A stretch of DNA of 63,947 bases, filler included. It is 6 parts of 6 records of this genome, joined end to end, with 100 filler letters (N's around TTAATTAATTAA, not from the genome) between each part and the next. Parts side by side here need not be neighbours in the genome. Positions count along the whole stretch, not along the records: positions 56,578 to 63,947 come from SRR20825006_2512; 5 more parts are not named here. One strand, given 5' to 3'. A program made the position numbers and the translations under genes. Positions 59,690-63,947 of the stretch are shown here, piece by piece. The notes under the pieces are model-generated. The model did not search any database. It worked only from the letters and a program-made list of their open reading frames with translations, and was not told the origin of the DNA. Numbering within the stretch: the stretch's first letter is position 1; each line of letters opens with the position of its first letter.

Positions 59690-59770
59690 GTATTTATCTT
59701 CTGTGGAATTGGACGTTTCAAAAACACGCCCATTTATTAATGATGTGCCAACTTGGCACGAGTTCTTATG

Positions 59771-61498
<1,728 letters not shown>

Positions 61499-61526
61499 CT
61501 AATTATTAATAAAATACCATAATAAA

Positions 61527-61754
61527 TTAAAACCTATCTCTAATAGTTCTAATCATAGGTTCTAGACCATTTACTTTAATCTCGAAAATTTGCTCTAATT
61601 GATTGCCTAATTTTCCTTTTGGAAATCCTTTTTGCTTGTACCAAACAATATAATGTTCTGGTAAATCGATTAAAAATCTGCCTTTAAATTTTCCGTAGGG
61701 CATTTTAGCTTTAGCAAGCTCAATAAGTTTAGATTGATCTGGAAGTAAACTCAA
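61527..61754 (-). CDS. DUF3820 family protein
   Basis: MPYGKFKGR.LIDLPE.Y..W...KGFPKGKLG...EIKVNGLE. Confidence 0.85.
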   Translation of the reverse strand: MSLLPDQSKLIELAKAKMPYGKFKGRFLIDLPEHYIVWYKQKGFPKGKLGNQLEQIFEIKVNGLEPMIRTIRDRF

Positions 61755-61758
61755 TAGA

Positions 61759-63336
61759 TTATAATGTTTTTAGGTAAGCAATAACGGCTTTTCTAATATC
61801 TCCAGCCAAACTATCTGCATTTGGAGTAACTACATTAATCACTCCTGGCTCACCCGTTTTTAGCATAGGAACATCAAAACCTTTTAATAAATAATCTGAT
61901 GTTGCTATCCAATAGGACTCTTCTGCATTTATAGGCTTTCCTTTTACAAGCCAATTACCAGTTTCTGCATCCTGTGTGATGTTATAACGTTGCAAGTATG
62001 CTCCTGTTCCAGCACTTTGTTTTCCGTAATCTAACACATCGTTTAACAAGCTTCCTTTAATATTTACTTTTAATAAATTACCTCCAAATGGTAATACTCT
62101 AAAAATATCAAAACTACTTATATCGCCTTCTAATTCATCATCTATCCTAAAAGAACCGCCATTTACAAATACAGCATCTACTTCATTATTGTAAGCAAAA
62201 CTCATTGCTTTAGTCACTATCTTCCCTAAGTTGGTCTGTTTGCTTCTACCCGAAGCGTCTGTACCGTCTAAAACTTCTTTTGCGGTATAAATAACCTCGT
62301 AAGGATTGTCTATAACTTTTTTTATTTCAGCATCTTGAATAGCCGTCCATTTATCTACTATCGACTGCACATAAGGGTCTTTCGGAATAGCTTTGGTAAT
62401 TGGTATTAATGTAGATTTTACACTAACCTTTTTTGTGTTTGTATTGTAAGCAAACTCATGTAAGAATGCAGACTTTGCATTGGCATCTGCTTTTGTAATT
62501 CTGGTAGAGCCTACAGTAACGTCAATTGCATCATGTTCATGACCACCAATAATTAGTGGTAACTGTGGTAACTGTTTTGCTAACTCTTTATCTTCTGCTA
62601 AACTTAAATGCGTAAAACCTATAACAACGTCTGTTGTATCTTTAATACTATTATAAGCAAAGGTAGCATCGGTTAAGTAATTACCGTAATCTACCCAATC
62701 CTGTGGATTAGAATCTATGGTAACACTTACAAATCCTAAAGACATTGCAATACTATCTTTATTATAAATTCTTATAGATTTAGTTTGTGGTATACCATAT
62801 TTAATGCCGTAGTGTTCTTTGAAAAAAGGTAAGATAATATCGCCGCCGTTATATTGAACATTGGCAGACACCCAATTAAACATAGATTCATTTAATCTGG
62901 ATTGAAATTCTTTAGGTTTCAAATCAAACTCATGATTACCAAATGTTGCCAGGTCAAATTTCATAGCATTCATCACCTCAATCACCTGCTTACCCTTAAT
63001 ACGCTCTCCTTCATATTTTAAGGTTCCCAACAACGACGGATTTAAAAAATCTCCTGCCATTGTTAAGAATGTATTTGGGTTTTCTTTCTTTAATGAATCC
63101 CTAAGTGCAGCAACTCGTGCCATACCACCTATTGTACCATTCTCCAATGCTGCAATTTCATAAACATCATTTACGGCTAGAATATTGAAGCGTATTAAGT
63201 CTTCTTCAACCACATTTTTGATAGGTGCTTTTGGTAATGAAGAGGTTGTACCACAAGACCACATAATCATGCTTAAAATACAAATGCAGAAAACCTTTAT
63301 GGTATATGATTTTAAAAATCTGATTGAACGTGTCAT
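61759..63336 (-). CDS. Bifunctional metallophosphatase / 5'-nucleotidase lipoprotein
   Basis: Lipobox MWSC; NDVYE; AGDF; FGNHEFD; IGGHEH; NGGSFR; VLPFG. Confidence 0.9.
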   Translation of the reverse strand: MTRSIRFLKSYTIKVFCICILSMIMWSCGTTSSLPKAPIKNVVEEDLIRFNILAVNDVYEIAALENGTIGGMARVAALRDSLKKENPNTFLTMAGDFLNPSLLGTLKYEGERIKGKQVIEVMNAMKFDLATFGNHEFDLKPKEFQSRLNESMFNWVSANVQYNGGDIILPFFKEHYGIKYGIPQTKSIRIYNKDSIAMSLGFVSVTIDSNPQDWVDYGNYLTDATFAYNSIKDTTDVVIGFTHLSLAEDKELAKQLPQLPLIIGGHEHDAIDVTVGSTRITKADANAKSAFLHEFAYNTNTKKVSVKSTLIPITKAIPKDPYVQSIVDKWTAIQDAEIKKVIDNPYEVIYTAKEVLDGTDASGRSKQTNLGKIVTKAMSFAYNNEVDAVFVNGGSFRIDDELEGDISSFDIFRVLPFGGNLLKVNIKGSLLNDVLDYGKQSAGTGAYLQRYNITQDAETGNWLVKGKPINAEESYWIATSDYLLKGFDVPMLKTGEPGVINVVTPNADSLAGDIRKAVIAYLKTL

Positions 63337-63367
63337 AAATGCGATTGCTTAATAATAAAACCTATTT

Positions 63368-63946
63368 TTAATGATACTTGGTAAATATTTTAGTGGCTTC
63401 ATTATAGGAAGATTCAAAGCTCATCATCTTAACATTGGTCTCAGCTTTAACTTGCGTCATGTATGACAATACTTTTTCTGTAGGCATATTTCCTGTAAGG
63501 TCATCTTTAGCCATAGGGCAACCGCCAAAGCCTTGTATTGCACCATCAAAACGCACACAACCGGCTTGATATGCGGCGTGTATTTTTTCGTGCCATGTCG
63601 TTGGTGTGGTATGCAAATGTGCTCCAAACTCTATGTCTGGATATTTAGGAATAAGGTTTGAGAACAAATAATCTATAGTCTCAGGATCTGAGGTTCCTAC
63701 AGTATCTGATAATGACAATATCTTAGCACCCATTGCAGATAATTTTTCTGTCCACTCTCCTACAATTTCAACATTCCAAGGATCTCCATAAGGATTACCA
63801 AAGCCCATAGATATATAAGTGACCACTTTTTTATTTGAAGCATCTGCTATATTTAAAATCTCTTGAAGTGTTTCAACAGATTGTTGAATGGTTTTATGCG
63901 TATTACGCATCTGAAAATTTTCAGAAATAGAAAATGGATACCCTAA
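63368..63946 (-). CDS. Hydroxymethylglutaryl-CoA lyase, 5' part outside window
   Basis: YISMGFGNPYG; LSLSDTVG; GAHLH; GFGGCPMA...GNMPTE; frame open to the window edge. Confidence 0.9.
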   Translation of the reverse strand, partial: LGYPFSISENFQMRNTHKTIQQSVETLQEILNIADASNKKVVTYISMGFGNPYGDPWNVEIVGEWTEKLSAMGAKILSLSDTVGTSDPETIDYLFSNLIPKYPDIEFGAHLHTTPTTWHEKIHAAYQAGCVRFDGAIQGFGGCPMAKDDLTGNMPTEKVLSYMTQVKAETNVKMMSFESSYNEATKIFTKYH

Positions 63947-63947
63947 A

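Overview
The window is six unrelated contigs joined by artificial 100-nt linkers (N-run/TTAATTAATTAA/N-run at 14463-14562, 27448-27547, 37566-37665, 47539-47638, 56478-56577), so adjacency across linkers is meaningless. Contig 1 (1-14462, AT-rich, Bacteroidota: T9SS C-terminal domains, lipoproteins) is the most interesting. From about 100 to 10900 it is a run of unrelated, mostly co-oriented accessory genes separated by related intergenic elements. The GTT-box just upstream of a gene is the reverse complement of the AAC-box just downstream of the same gene, which is the signature of integron-type gene cassettes. One element is a textbook-sized 60-bp attC-like palindrome; others are atypically long (about 170-250 bp) and share a 49-bp core. 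No integrase is visible. The contig ends in a RAYT/Y1 transposase with palindromic repeats inside its CDS. Contig 2 (14563-27447, visibly more GC-rich) is alphaproteobacterial: four tandem flagellins, flbT-flaF, flgE-flgK-flgL with sigma54/IHF/ftr and CtrA-like sites, a P-loop protein and metA. Contig 3 (Flavobacteriaceae-like) has a serine hydrolase, a 21-bp-period ACGT array, a LytS/LytTR two-component system and an ABC ATPase plus permease-M1 peptidase fusion. Contigs 4-6 are mostly Flavobacteriaceae-like housekeeping (nqrF, apbE, map, gpmI, pepE, rpmF-fabH-accB-accC, mtgA, guaB, skp, yidC, pyrG). No rRNA, tRNA or CRISPR array was recognised. All calls are by-eye motif recognition, with no database searches.
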